This document shows positions 30,555-42,068 of a stretch of DNA of 64,000 nt, piece by piece. Origin of the DNA: Blastocladiella emersonii ATCC 22665 (Eukaryota > Fungi > Blastocladiomycota). The stretch spans positions 372,001 to 436,000 of the forward strand of contig JANHCV010000014.1 in assembly GCA_025594325.1 (NCBI GenBank), written 5' to 3'. Below the pieces are notes generated by a model. That model saw only the letters and a program-made list of their open reading frames with translations. It searched no databases and was not told the origin of the DNA. Each line of letters begins with the position of its first letter. Positions within the stretch are counted from its first letter, which is position 1. The position numbers and the translations under genes are program-made.

Positions 30555-32357
30555 ATGAGCGACAAGACGTACACCGACGAGGTCACCGGCGAGCAGGTCT
30601 CCAAGTCGTATGTATCGCCCCCGCCGTGCGCACTCGCCGAAGACCGAGCGAGCGAGCGCTGACGCCCGTCACCCGTCCCGTGTGTGTGTAGCGAGCTCAA
30701 GCGCCGCCAGAAGCAGCGCCAGAAGGAGCAGGCCAAGGCAGCGCGCCCTGCCGCCCCCACCGCGGCGGCTGCCACGCCCAAGGCGGCGGCGGCCAAGTCG
30801 GCCGAGGAGGAGGAGGAGGAGCTGACGCCCAACCAGTACTACGAGATCCGCACCAAGACCATCACCAAGCTGCAGGCCGACGGCCGCATCAACCCGTACC
30901 CGCACAAGTTCCACGTGTCGATGGGTCTGCCCGCCTTCATCGAGAAGTACGCGTCGCGGATCGAGCCCGGCCAGCGGCTCGAGGGCGAGGTGGTGTCGAT
31001 CGCCGGCCGCATCTCGACCAAGCGCGCGGCGGGCGCCAAGCTGCGGTTCTACGACATCCACGGCGAGGGCGTCAAGGTCCAGGTCATGTCCGCTCTCCAG
31101 GACCATACCGACGAGGAGGTCGGGTACGAGGAGGTGCACGAGGTGCTGCGCCGCGGCGACATCATCGGTGTCGTCGGTGTGCCGGGCAAGTCCAAGATGG
31201 GCGAGCTGTCGCTGTTCCCGTCGCGCACGGTGCTGCTGACGCCGTGCCTGCGCATGCTGCCGAACCCGCGCACGGGGCTCAAGGACCAGGAGACGCGGTA
31301 TCGCCAGCGGTACCTTGACCTGATCATGAACGGGTTTGTCCGCGACCGGTTCGTGACGCGCACCCGGATCATCGGGTACCTGCGCAACTTCCTCGACCAG
31401 CAGGGGTTCCTCGAGGTCGAGACGCCCATGATGAACATGATCGCGGGCGGCGCCACGGCCAAGCCCTTCATCACCCACCACAACGACCTCAAGCTCGACC
31501 AGTACATGCGCATCGCGCCCGAGCTGTTCCTCAAGATGCTCGTGGTCGGTGGGCTCGACCGCGTCTACGAGATCGGCCGCCAGTTCCGCAACGAGTCGAT
31601 TGACCTGACCCACAACCCCGAGTTCACGACCTGCGAGTTCTACATGGCGTACGCCGACGTGACGGACCTCGAGCAGCTCACCGAGCAGCTCGTCTCGGGC
31701 ATGGTCAAGTACGTGACGGGCGGGTACAAGCTCAAGTACAACCCGGAGCCCGACTCGGACAAGACCTACGACATCGACTTCACGCCCCCCTTCCGCCGCA
31801 TCCGCATGATCCCGGGCCTCGAGGAGCGCCTCAACGTGACGTTCCCGCCCGCCGACGAGCTGGCCGGCGAGAAGGGCCGCAACTTCCTCGACAACCTGTG
31901 CAAGAAGCACAACGTCGAGTGCGGCGCGCCGCGCACGTCCGCTCGCCTCCTCGACAAGCTGGTCGGCGAGTTCCTCGAGTCCGAGTGCATCTCGCCCACG
32001 TTCATCACCGAGCACCCGCAGTTCATGTCGCCGCTGGCCAAGAAGCACCGGTCCGTGACGGGTCTGTGCGAGCGGTTCGAGCTGTTTGTCGCGACCAAGG
32101 AGATCTGCAACGCGTACACGGAGCTCAACGACCCCATGGACCAGCGCCAGCGGTTCGAGCAGCAGGCCGCCGACAAGGCCGCGGGCGACGACGAGGCCCA
32201 GATGATCGACGAGAACTTCTGCCAGTCGCTCGAGTACGGGCTCCCGCCCACGGGCGGGTGGGGCATGGGCATCGACCGCCTCGTCATGATGCTCACCAAC
32301 GCGAACAACATCAAGGAGGTGCTCCTGTTCCCCGCCATGAAGCCCATCGACCAGTAA
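30555..32357 (+). CDS. KRS1: Cytosolic lysyl-tRNA synthetase, class II (intron 30608-30691)
   Basis: Spliced start [25 protein letters not shown]; [56 protein letters not shown]. Confidence 0.98.
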
Positions 32358-32443
32358 GGTGTTTTTTCCGCGTCCTCTCTTTTGTGTTTCTTGTTCAATC
32401 AATCTCAATGCATTACTCTCTCCCCCCATCACTCTTCTCGCCT

Positions 32444-34240
32444 TCACTCAACATACGTCATCGTGACCGCGGCATTCTGCAGGCCACACTCGCCGACGTC
32501 GCGGTCGATCCACTCGGCGAGGTTCTGGCGCACGAACACGAGCTCAAACGCGTGGTCGTTGGCGTCGGGGACCACGGCTTTCACGGCGCGGTACAGGTCG
32601 AGGACGCGGTCGCCCAGGCGGAACCGCCGCACGTGCCGCGACCCGTCGGGAAAGCGGAACTGGATCCGCGTCGTGTTGGGCGCGCCCGCGGGGGGTTCCG
32701 GGTCGACGGTGGCGGAGGAGGGCGCGACGGCCGCGATGGTCGTGGTCGCGGGGAGGTCCGCGTCGGAGTCGGAGTCGGAGTCCGAGATGACGACGGGCGC
32801 AGCGGACGCGGAGGCGGAGGTAGAGTCGCCCGTCTCCATACTCGCCAGCAGCGCGGCCTGCAGCTGCTCGTCCTCGGACATGTCCTGGACGGAGCGCGAC
32901 TTGGCAAGGTCGGCTTTCGACCCCGAGTTCGACGACGGCATGGGCACGGGCGTGTTCGCGCCGGGATCGAGCGAGTACAAATCCAAGAACTCGAACAGCG
33001 CCTCGGCGAAGGCCGCGGGCGACTGGAGGTGCGCGGTGGTCAACACCTTGACGCGCTCGCCGGTGCGCGGGTCGATGACGCACACGTGCGGGAACGCGGT
33101 GACCGGGTAGAAGGTGCGGAACTGGCGGCCGTCGGGCCCGTCGGTCGGGAACTGCAGGAACAGGAAGTGGTCGCGAAGGACGGCGACCACGTCGCGGTGC
33201 TTCCACAGGTCGCGGTTCAGGCACTGGCACGCGAAGATGGACGCGTCGTGCAGGTCGACGAGCAGCCACTTCTTGGCCACGCGGCCGTGCTCCTTGGCGT
33301 TCTCAAAGGTCCCGCGGAACATGAGCTCCGTCGGCGCGCGGAACATGTCGGCCAGGCGCGACGAGCGGTCGGTCGCGGCGGCTACACGGTGGTGTGAGAC
33401 ATTGGGCGGCGGCGGTGGTCGGGTGGGAAGCGTACTCGAGATGCGCGACGCGTCGCTGCGGCCGCTCGACTGCGCGAACGGGTTGGCCGTAGTCGCCGCC
33501 GGTGGACGGCTGCCGCGGATCTCGAGCCCTACACACACAACCTCGCGTCAGTCCATGACTCGGTCTCACTCCCACAAAAACGTACCGCTGGCAGCAGCAA
33601 ACCCCTGCCCAAACATGGGCGGAGACCGCGCGCGCGCACCGCCGGCGGCAGCGCGACCTGACGACGACGAGGAAAAGGAGGCAGCGGGCAGGCGGGGCGG
33701 CGACGGCTGGCGTCTCCGGCGCCGGCGCGCGGCGCTTGAGTCCTCCTTCTCCTCGCCGTCGCTGTCGAGGGTCACGGTCGTCGTGGTCGCCGAGGAGGCG
33801 GGCTGGGCGCGCGAGACCTCGACGATATCCTCGTCATCATCGTTGTTCGAGTCATACTCAAAGTCCATGTCGACCTCCATATCCTCGTCGTCGTCGTCGA
33901 ACGAGAACGCGTTGGACCGCGCCGCGGCCGCGGGGGCCGGACGCGCCGCCGACGGGCGCACATCCTCGTCGTCGGACGGGATCGCGGACCAGTCGACGGT
34001 ATCGCGGCCCGACGGCTTGTAGGTGCGCGGGGCGGGCGGGGCGGCGGGCGGGGCCGGGTTGAATCGCGGCGGCGCGGGCTGCGCGATGGCAACGTCGGGC
34101 AAGTCGACGCCGCCCGTGTCGAGGTACAGCGCGATGGCGTTCTCGAGGTGGTTGTCGGACACGGCCAGGTACTTTTGCGCCAGCGCCGGGTCCGCGCCCA
34201 CGGTCTCGCAGAACTGCAGGATCTTCTCCGTGTCGGCCAT
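32444..34240 (-). CDS. UBX5: UBA-UAS-UIM-UBX Cdc48 adaptor (Ubx5/UBXN7-like; intron 33529-33585)
   Basis: UBA-like ILQFCETVGAD...LENAIALYL; UAS KWLLVDL...CQCLNRDLW; UIM EDEQLQAALLASM; UBX TRIQFRFPDG. Confidence 0.9.
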
Positions 34241-34527
34241 GATGCGTTGCGTGGGGTGTGTTGCGTCGTCGTCGTGTAAGGGACGCGCGCGATTGAGGGA
34301 GTCGAAGTCGGAGGCGCGGACGGTGACGCAGGAGGCAGGAAGGCGGCGGGTCATGCGCACGTGAGCTGCATCTCATCCATCGCAGCTGTGAGCGAGGCTG
34401 AGATCTGTCTCCCCTTGCGCCCATCTCTTGATCTTGCTGCGAGATCTCGCGGGATGGCGCAGCGCGACTCGCGCCGGGTCGAGTCGGCGCGATGGGATGG
34501 GATCTGGGGAGAAGACGAGCTGAGGGG

Positions 34528-34534
34528 TATAAAA
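34528..34534 (+). promoter_or_regulatory. TATA box of LYS1
   Basis: TATAAAA about 80 nt upstream of the ATG. Confidence 0.6.
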
Positions 34535-34611
34535 CCCTCGCGCCCGCGGGCATCCCGTCCTCGCTCTCCCCAACCAACTCTACACGCAGCGCAACCACCA
34601 CCACCACCACC

Positions 34612-35754
34612 ATGTCATCGACCACCACGACCACCACGCGCCCCGTCCACCTCTGGCTGCGCGCCGAGACCAAGCCGCTCGAGCACCGGTGCGCACTGAC
34701 GCCCTCCGTCGCGCGGACGCTCCTCGCCGAAGGTTTCCGCATCACGGTCGAGTCGTCGCGCGAGCGCATCTTCGACGACGCCGAGTTTGCGTCGGCCGGG
34801 TGCACCCTGGTCGGCGAGGGCAGCTGGGAGCAAGACGCGCCGGCCGACGCCATCGTGCTGGGCCTCAAGGAGCTGCCCGCGTCCGATACGTTCCCGCTGC
34901 ACCACACGCACATCCACTTTGCGCACTGCTACAAGAACCAGGCCGGGTGGCAGTCCGTCCTGTCGCGGTTCGCGCGCGGCAAGGGCACGCTGCTCGACCT
35001 CGAGTTCCTCCACGACGAGCACGGCCGCCGCGTCGCCGCGTTCGGGTTCATGGCCGGGTTTGCCGGCGCGGCGCTCGGGCTCGACGTCTGGGCCGAGCCG
35101 TCGGCCGAGGGGCGGACCGAGTTTGGCGCCGTCGAGCCGTTCGCCAACGAGGCGCTGCTCATCGCACACATCCAGTCGCGCCTGGCCTCGGCAACCGCCG
35201 CGGGCCGCGCGCTCCCACGCGTGCTCGTCCTCGGCGCGCTCGGGCGGTGCGGACGCGGCGCCGTGGCGCTGCTGCGCAAGGCGGGCCTGCCGGACTCGCA
35301 CATTGCGCAGTGGGATATGGCCGAGACGAAGCGCGGCGGCCCGTTCCCAGAGATCGCGACCGACTACGACGTGTTTGTCAACTGCATCTACCTCGCGACG
35401 CCGATCCCGCCGTTCCTCACGCCCAACGAGATCGCGCTGCCCGGGCGTAAGCTCGCGGTGCTCGTCGACGTGTCGTGCGACCCGACCAACCCGCACAACC
35501 CGATCCCCGTGTACACGGAGTGCACGACGTTCACGCGGCCGACGGTCGTGGTGCCGACGCGCGAGGGCGCGGTGCCGCTCCATGTGGTCTCGATCGACCA
35601 CCTGCCCTCGCTCCTTCCGCGCGAGTCGTCCGAGGGGTTTGTGAATGACCTCCTGCCGTCGCTCCGCAGCCTGCGCGACGTGCCGACCGCGCGCGTCTGG
35701 GCCGAGGCCGAGCAGCTGTTCCGCGACAAGGTCGCGCTGCTGGACCAGGTGTAA
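34612..35754 (+). CDS. LYS1: Saccharopine dehydrogenase (NAD+, L-lysine-forming)
   Basis: LWLRAETKPLEHRCALTP, HIHFAHCYKNQAGW, DLEFL, GALGRCGRG, DVSCDPTNPHNP, SIDHLPSLLPRESS. Confidence 0.97.
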   Translation: MSSTTTTTTRPVHLWLRAETKPLEHRCALTPSVARTLLAEGFRITVESSRERIFDDAEFASAGCTLVGEGSWEQDAPADAIVLGLKELPASDTFPLHHTHIHFAHCYKNQAGWQSVLSRFARGKGTLLDLEFLHDEHGRRVAAFGFMAGFAGAALGLDVWAEPSAEGRTEFGAVEPFANEALLIAHIQSRLASATAAGRALPRVLVLGALGRCGRGAVALLRKAGLPDSHIAQWDMAETKRGGPFPEIATDYDVFVNCIYLATPIPPFLTPNEIALPGRKLAVLVDVSCDPTNPHNPIPVYTECTTFTRPTVVVPTREGAVPLHVVSIDHLPSLLPRESSEGFVNDLLPSLRSLRDVPTARVWAEAEQLFRDKVALLDQV

Positions 35755-35978
35755 ATATATATATTTTCTCATGCATGAACTGTTCGGTTGCCATCGAGTC
35801 TGAGACGTTCGAGAGCCGAACACGTTGCGTGACTCGCGCGCGGAAGGGCGCTGGTGATCGGCCAACGGGGGCCACGCACCGCCACCACCCTCGACAACTC
35901 GCTCGACAACTCGCTCGCCGTTTGCTCCCTCTCTCGCTTTCAACGATCGACCGACTCGACTAGATCGCCCACCCCACC

Positions 35979-37154
35979 ATGCACACTAAGAAGCGCACCC
36001 CGCTCGCCGGCAGCGGCGACCTTGCGCTCTTCGCGCTGCTCGCCGCCCTCACGCTCCTGAGCGCCACCACCACCAACGCCGCGCCCATCGACGCCTCGGC
36101 GCCGCGCGCGCGGCTGCGCACGCTGGTCATGTTCGGCGACTCGCTGACGGACTCGGGCAACGTGTACACTTTGACGAACCGGGCGTGGCCCCCCGCGCCG
36201 CCGCTGTACGACAACGGGCGGTTCACCAACGGGCTGACGTGGCCCGAGTACCTGGCCGAGTTTGTCGAGTCGGTCAACGCCGACAACCGCACCGTGGCCG
36301 TCCACAACTACGCGTTCGGCGGGTCCACGTCCAACGACTCGCTCGTCCAGGGGTACACGGGCGCCCGGAGCGATATCCCATCGCCCGGCGTCGACAAGCA
36401 GCTCGGCATGTTCCGCGAGTACATGGCCGCGCAGGTGCTCAAGAACGGGGGCGACGCGGCCAAGGCCGGCGAGGCCATGGGGCCCACGCTGTTCACGGTG
36501 TGGACGGGTGCCAACGACTTCTTTTTCGACATGCAGAAGGCCGCGCCCGCGCTCGTCGCGGCGAACGTCGTCGAGGCCGTCAAGCAGATCGAGCACCTCG
36601 CCCGCAACGTCTACAAGCTGCCCCGGTACGAGATCGCGGTCCTGTCGATGCCCCCGCTCGGCACCCTGCCCGCCCTCGCGCGACTGCCGGCGGCGCAGGC
36701 GGTGTTCGCTCAATACTCGCTCATGTTCAACATGGAGCTGTTCAACCGGCTGGAAGCTATCAACCGCGACTACGGCAGCCGCGGCAACGTGTCCGAGGGA
36801 ACCGTGCCGTACCCGCTGATCCGCCTCATCAACATCCACGCCCTCATCTCGGCCGTGTTCGCGTCGCCCGAGACTTTCTACCTGCCCAAGCCCGTTTTCG
36901 GGTCCATTTCGACCCCGTGCCTCGAGCAGGACCTCATCACCGGGGCGTACTCCCTGTGCCGTGAACCGTCTGCGCACGTGTACCACGACATTTATCATTT
37001 CTCCACACGTATCCACCGCATCATCGCACGCGCAGTCGCTGGGGAGTTCCTTATTTTCGTCCCCGCGCTCTCCCCCGCCAACCCCGACGGCACCGAGCCC
37101 GCCACCATGATGTCGGCCAACCGCACGTCGGCGGCTGTCAAGCCCGCGCACTAG
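35979..37154 (+). CDS. Secreted GDSL/SGNH lipase-esterase
   Basis: Signal-peptide-like N-terminus; blocks FGDSLTDSGN, GRFTNG, NYAFGG, GAND, DIYH. Confidence 0.93.
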   Translation: MHTKKRTPLAGSGDLALFALLAALTLLSATTTNAAPIDASAPRARLRTLVMFGDSLTDSGNVYTLTNRAWPPAPPLYDNGRFTNGLTWPEYLAEFVESVNADNRTVAVHNYAFGGSTSNDSLVQGYTGARSDIPSPGVDKQLGMFREYMAAQVLKNGGDAAKAGEAMGPTLFTVWTGANDFFFDMQKAAPALVAANVVEAVKQIEHLARNVYKLPRYEIAVLSMPPLGTLPALARLPAAQAVFAQYSLMFNMELFNRLEAINRDYGSRGNVSEGTVPYPLIRLINIHALISAVFASPETFYLPKPVFGSISTPCLEQDLITGAYSLCREPSAHVYHDIYHFSTRIHRIIARAVAGEFLIFVPALSPANPDGTEPATMMSANRTSAAVKPAH

Positions 37155-37467
37155 ACGACCAAGGTCTCGGCAAACCGCGCGTCGGCCGTCGCGAAGATCG
37201 CGCGCGCGAGGCCCGCGGCGCGTCGCCCACCACCGAGGTCATGGCCATCTAGTTCGCTGTGGCTATCATCTATTGCGCATTTCATACACCACCACATTTC
37301 CTATGCAAGAGAAGCGAGCGAGCGAGCGAAGCGGAGAGGAGAGGAGAAGTCGGAGTGACGCGGTCACGCGATGCAGAGGAGACGCGTCGTTCACCGCCAC
37401 GCGCCGCCCCTCACCCCGTCCCGCGTCTCACGACCGCCGATCTCCTCTCGCCGTCCGTCTCCACGCC

Positions 37468-40400
37468 ATGCACCCAACCATGAATCTCTCTCCACCAAGG
37501 CGGACATCACCACGAGCAACGTCTGCCGCCGCCGCGCTGCTGGCCCTCGCCATCGTGGCCGCGGCGCTCGTTACCCGCGTCGCCGCCGTCTACTCCGGCA
37601 CGCGCTACGCATGGTCGGTACCCACCGCGTGCAGTACGATGAGGATAGAGGACTGAGTTTTGGGGGAACGTTAGGTCGCTCGCGGTCCGCGGCCAGCCCG
37701 CGTCGTCGTCCGTCGGGCTGTACCCGGTGCTCGAGCCGGGGAACAACTACACGCTGGTCGTGAGCATCACCAAGGTAAACTCCCTTCCCGCCCCCTCTCT
37801 CCTCTCACGCACACTCACGCCCTCGACCTCATCTAGTCCGCCTCCCCGTGCCTGACATGCGCGCGCGACCTGCACGCCGTCGGCGGGTACCCGGTCGTCT
37901 CCTTTGCCGACACCCTGCTCGCCGCGCAGCTAGACGTGACAGACGCCGTCGCCGTGCGCTCCACGTACTCGCCGACCGCGGGCACGTGGCAGATCCCCGT
38001 CACCGCCGCCTCGGGGGTCGTCGGCACCGCGCACCTGTACGTGCAGGCGTCCGTGTTCGTCCCGCCGTCGCTCGCGCGCGAGCCCGAGTTCGCCACGGTC
38101 CCGCAGTCGTTCGTGCTCGGCGTCACGCGGCTGTTTTCTGTGGGCAGTGATGGGATGCCGAAGACGGGGTTGGGGACGATCGCGCCAGTCCCCGCGGGTC
38201 TCGCGGCGCCGTTCGCGCTGTCAAAGTCGCCGACGGTCGCGGTCCTCAACTCGCGGCTCGTCGTGTCCGCCAACGAGTGGCGGACGTCCGCCATGGTCAC
38301 GCCGGCGTGGTCCGCGGGGTTCCGCGCGGCGAACCCCGTCGTGTGTTCCGGTGCAACGGATACCACCGTCCTCGACGCGAAAGCCGTCGCGGGTACGCTG
38401 CTCCTCGCGACGACGCGCGGGCTCGTCGCGTACACGGGCGGGTCGAACCTGACCGCGATCCTGCCGCAGTGCATCACGACGGTCGTCGCCGCACAGAGCC
38501 GCGACCCGGTGCTCGCCAAGTGCACCAACGCCGCGGCGCTGTCGAGCTCGCGCATCTGGCGCGTCGATGTCGCGACGTTGGCCGTGGCGGAGCTCGTCTC
38601 GGCCGACAACCAGACCCTCGCGCAGTTCCTGGGCGTGGCCGCGACGTCGCTGACGCTCGTCGGCGCCGACTTCTCGTCCGAGGACTGCCGCAACCTCGCG
38701 GTCCTGTACACGCGCGGCGGCGTGTACCACGTCGCGACGATGACGGACGGCGCGTGGATTGTCCGGTTCAAGTTCCCGGCCGCGGTCCCGTTCTACTCGC
38801 CGGCCAGCGCCACGCCGCAGCTGTTCAACGGCTCGACGGCGATCCAGTACCCGACCGCGTACACGGTCACGACAACGGGGAGTCGGGATTTGAGTCTGAG
38901 CAGGATCACGTACTCGGAGCTGCCGACGGGCGAGCTGTTCGTGTACGGCTCGGCGCTGTTTTACAGGTACGAAAGGGCGGGCGAGGTGGACGGCGGCAAG
39001 GACTGACGACGGCCGCGATGTAGTCCCGACGACGGCGGGTCGCAGTACCTCATGGAAGTCTTCCCGTCGCCCGTCTCGATCGTGGCCCTCGACTCGTCCG
39101 ACTCGGCCTACTCGTACCTGTACATGACGTCCGACAACATTGTACGCCTCTCACACTTCCCTTCTCTTCCCCTCACTAACCTCCCCTCGCGTAGATCTAC
39201 GGCGGCCTGACGCCGTTCCCGCAGACCATGGCGCTGACCCAAGCCGCGTCCTCAACCGTCGCCGTCGGGTTCGACTCGCTCGACGCGCCGTACGCGCTGC
39301 GGTACGACGCCGCCTCTGGCGCCCTCGTGCGCACGGACCTGCGGTGGGGCGCGCTGTGGGACCCGGCGGTGATGCAGGCCGCGGCCGAGACCGCGACCAC
39401 GGGCGTGCCCGCGACGTGCCCTTACGAGTCGTTGCGGGTCCAGGGCTCGCTGTCCCCCACCTTCACCCGGTCGGCCGTCGTCGTCCCGCAGTCGTCGGGC
39501 GCCGACCAGGCCGCCCTGTCGCGCGTCTCGATCGCGCTCCCCGCGGCCATCTACCTCGACTACCACCAGTCGTACACGTTCACCGTCGACCTATCCCCGG
39601 CCAAGGGCACGAGCCTCGCGGCGCTCGAGCTCGCGGTGAAAGAGTCCAACTCGGCGCTCCTGCACGTCGACATTGTGCGGACCGAGGTCGCCGGCGAGCA
39701 CCGCGTCACGTACACGGTCACGGTCACGGACCGCGGCACGTACCCGCTGCAGCAGGTGCCGGGCGACGCGCCTGGGTCGGCCACGCTCGCGGTGCATGTT
39801 TTGGGGGGCGAGCCGTGCCCGATCTCGGCCATCGGACCGCTCGTCGTGTACATCGGGTGTCCGCCGGGCCTCGCGCTCGAGGTCGACGCGCCCGCCGCCG
39901 GGTCGCAGCAGTGCGTGAACGCCGACCCCGGCGTCCCGTGCTTCCACATGGACGCCGACTACAAGCCGACGTACACGCTCGTCGACACGGTCGCCGGCAC
40001 CCGCACGCCGTTCGCGCAGCCCGTCACCCTGCAGCTCGTGGCCGCGGGTCCCGCGCCGCGCGCCCTCACCGCCATCCCGCACGACGCAATCGCCACCACG
40101 AACCTCCTGACGTGGGCCCCCAACACGGACGGCGACCCGGTCCAGCTCCCCGACTCGCGGTACGTGTACCCGGGGAACGCCGTCAACGTGTCGTGGGTGT
40201 GTCTCGGCGGCTCGCCCTGCTCGGGCGTCGTCCCAACGTTCCCGAACCCCGCCGAGTACTACTTTGTCGTCGAGACGAGCACCGCGGGCGTCGCGGCCGG
40301 GATCTCGTACTGTTTGCTGTCCACGCGGCACCCGGTGCGGCTGTACGGCCTCGCCGTGGATCTCGCCACGTCGCTCATCGCCACGGGGATCACGCTCGCG

Positions 40401-40802
40401 GTCACCGTCGCCCTCGTCCTCGCGGCCGCCGCGTGGCAGAGGCACAAGCACGTCCGCGACATGTTCCGCGTCGCGCCCGCGGCTGCCGCCGTTGTCAAGC
40501 CGCCCATGGCCACGGCGGGGCAGCAGCCCGTGCGGTCGGCGATGCGGCCCGGCACGGCCACGGTGATGATGGGCTCCGCTCTCGCCGGGGCGGGGGCGGC
40601 GGGGTCGAGGCCCGGGTCGGGCCGGTCGCGGCACAGCGTCGACTCGCAGATGGCGCCGCTCATGGGTGGCGTGGGCGCGGATGTGGGCGAGGAGGGGGTG
40701 TCGACGGCGACGGCGGGGGCGGGCGCAACGGGGGTCGGCGGGGTGCATCCGATCATGCGCACGCGGCCGGCGATCCCGGAGGAGGACACGCCGAGTATTT
40801 GA
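37468..40802 (+). CDS. CATSPERE: CatSper auxiliary subunit epsilon/delta-like type-I membrane protein (about 5 exons; introns near 37614-37674, 37775-37836, 38968-39023, 39141-39194)
   Basis: Signal peptide, large Cys-containing ectodomain, C-terminal YIGCPPG...PCFH.D.DYKP...WVCLGGSPC...PAEYYF...SYC...RLYG, then one TM helix and a short tail. Resembles remembered CATSPERE/D C-terminal motifs. Confidence 0.72.
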
Positions 40803-41072
40803 GCAAGAAGGTGGCGGGATACATTGGTTCACATGAGCTGTGTGGGGAGAGGGGAGGGAGGGTCCGTGAGGCCGTGAGGAACAGGTCTCGCTCAAGGTGC
40901 AGCGCGGCGGGAAGCGAGCTCGGCGGCCTTCACCATGGCCGGCCGAGGCGAATCCTGAGGGGCTCCACGAGCGAGGCACTCAAGGAGCGAGGCAGATCAA
41001 GACGAGCGAGGCACAATGACGACAACATCCGTGTATTATGGACAGACGGCGGCGATTCCCGGAGACGAGAAT

Positions 41073-41764
41073 TTAGTGGCCGGCACGGCGCGACTCGGCA
41101 ATGATGGTCGAGAGCTCCTCAACCTTGGCCTTGGCGCGGGTGAGGGTGCCGAGGCGCTTCTTGGCGAGCTTGCGGGCGCGCTTGTCCTTGGAGTTCTTGA
41201 GCAGCTCCATCACGCGCTTCTCGTAGGGCGCGAAGCCGGCAACCTCGCGGACGAGGGAGCGGATGAACTTGACGCGGGTGGTCATGGCCTGTGGAAGAGA
41301 GGGTGGGATGGTGAGCGGGAGGTCGGCGGATGGATGGGGGCGTGCGTGCGTGCGTGCGGGTCGCTCGCTGGTCGGGTGTAGGTGGCGGTGGCGGTGCTCT
41401 GCTCTGCTCGCCCTCGTTCATCGTCTCGCGCAGACGTCGCCGTGCGCTGCGTGATCATGCCGAGTGCAGCAGCGAATCGGCCGAGCGCAGATCCATGGTG
41501 CGAGCGAGTGCATGGCGAGAGGGTGGCGAAGCTCGAGCCAGCCGAGGCGGCGAGCGGATGTTGTTGATGATGTCGAAGAGCGAGTGCGAGACGAGCGAGA
41601 GCAGCAGGTGCACCACCACCCACACACGAGACCCAGCGCGAGCGAGCGACCGCGCACTACACGAGGTCGAGGCCGCTACGTACACCCTTGCGGCTGACGG
41701 GCTTGGCCTTCAGGGCGCGCTTGGTGGTGGGGTAGCCCTTGTTGAGACCGACGGAGATGCTCAT
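41073..41764 (-). CDS. RPL36: 60S ribosomal protein L36/eL36 (intron 41289-41683)
   Basis: [15 protein letters not shown]...SRKG / [48 protein letters not shown]. Confidence 0.97.
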
Positions 41765-42068
41765 GGTGACGACTGTGGCGGGGTGATGCACTCTCGGCCG
41801 ACGTGGGTGAAAGAGGGAGCTGCAGTCGGGCGTGGGGTGCGGCCGGGCAGTTGTTTCCCGCTGCGCACGCCGCGCGCACACGCCCCGTTGCCACGGCCTC
41901 CCCCCTGAACCCGCCTGGCAACTGCCCACGTGATCTCACTCTCGCTGGTTTTGGCCCCGCGGTTTCGCTCCTCACCTGACCTCCACCTGATCCCGGTTTT
42001 CACTTCCCCTTGTCTCTTGGGCGTCCTCGTTGCTCCGCCTCGCCTCCTCATCACCACCGCGCACTGCA

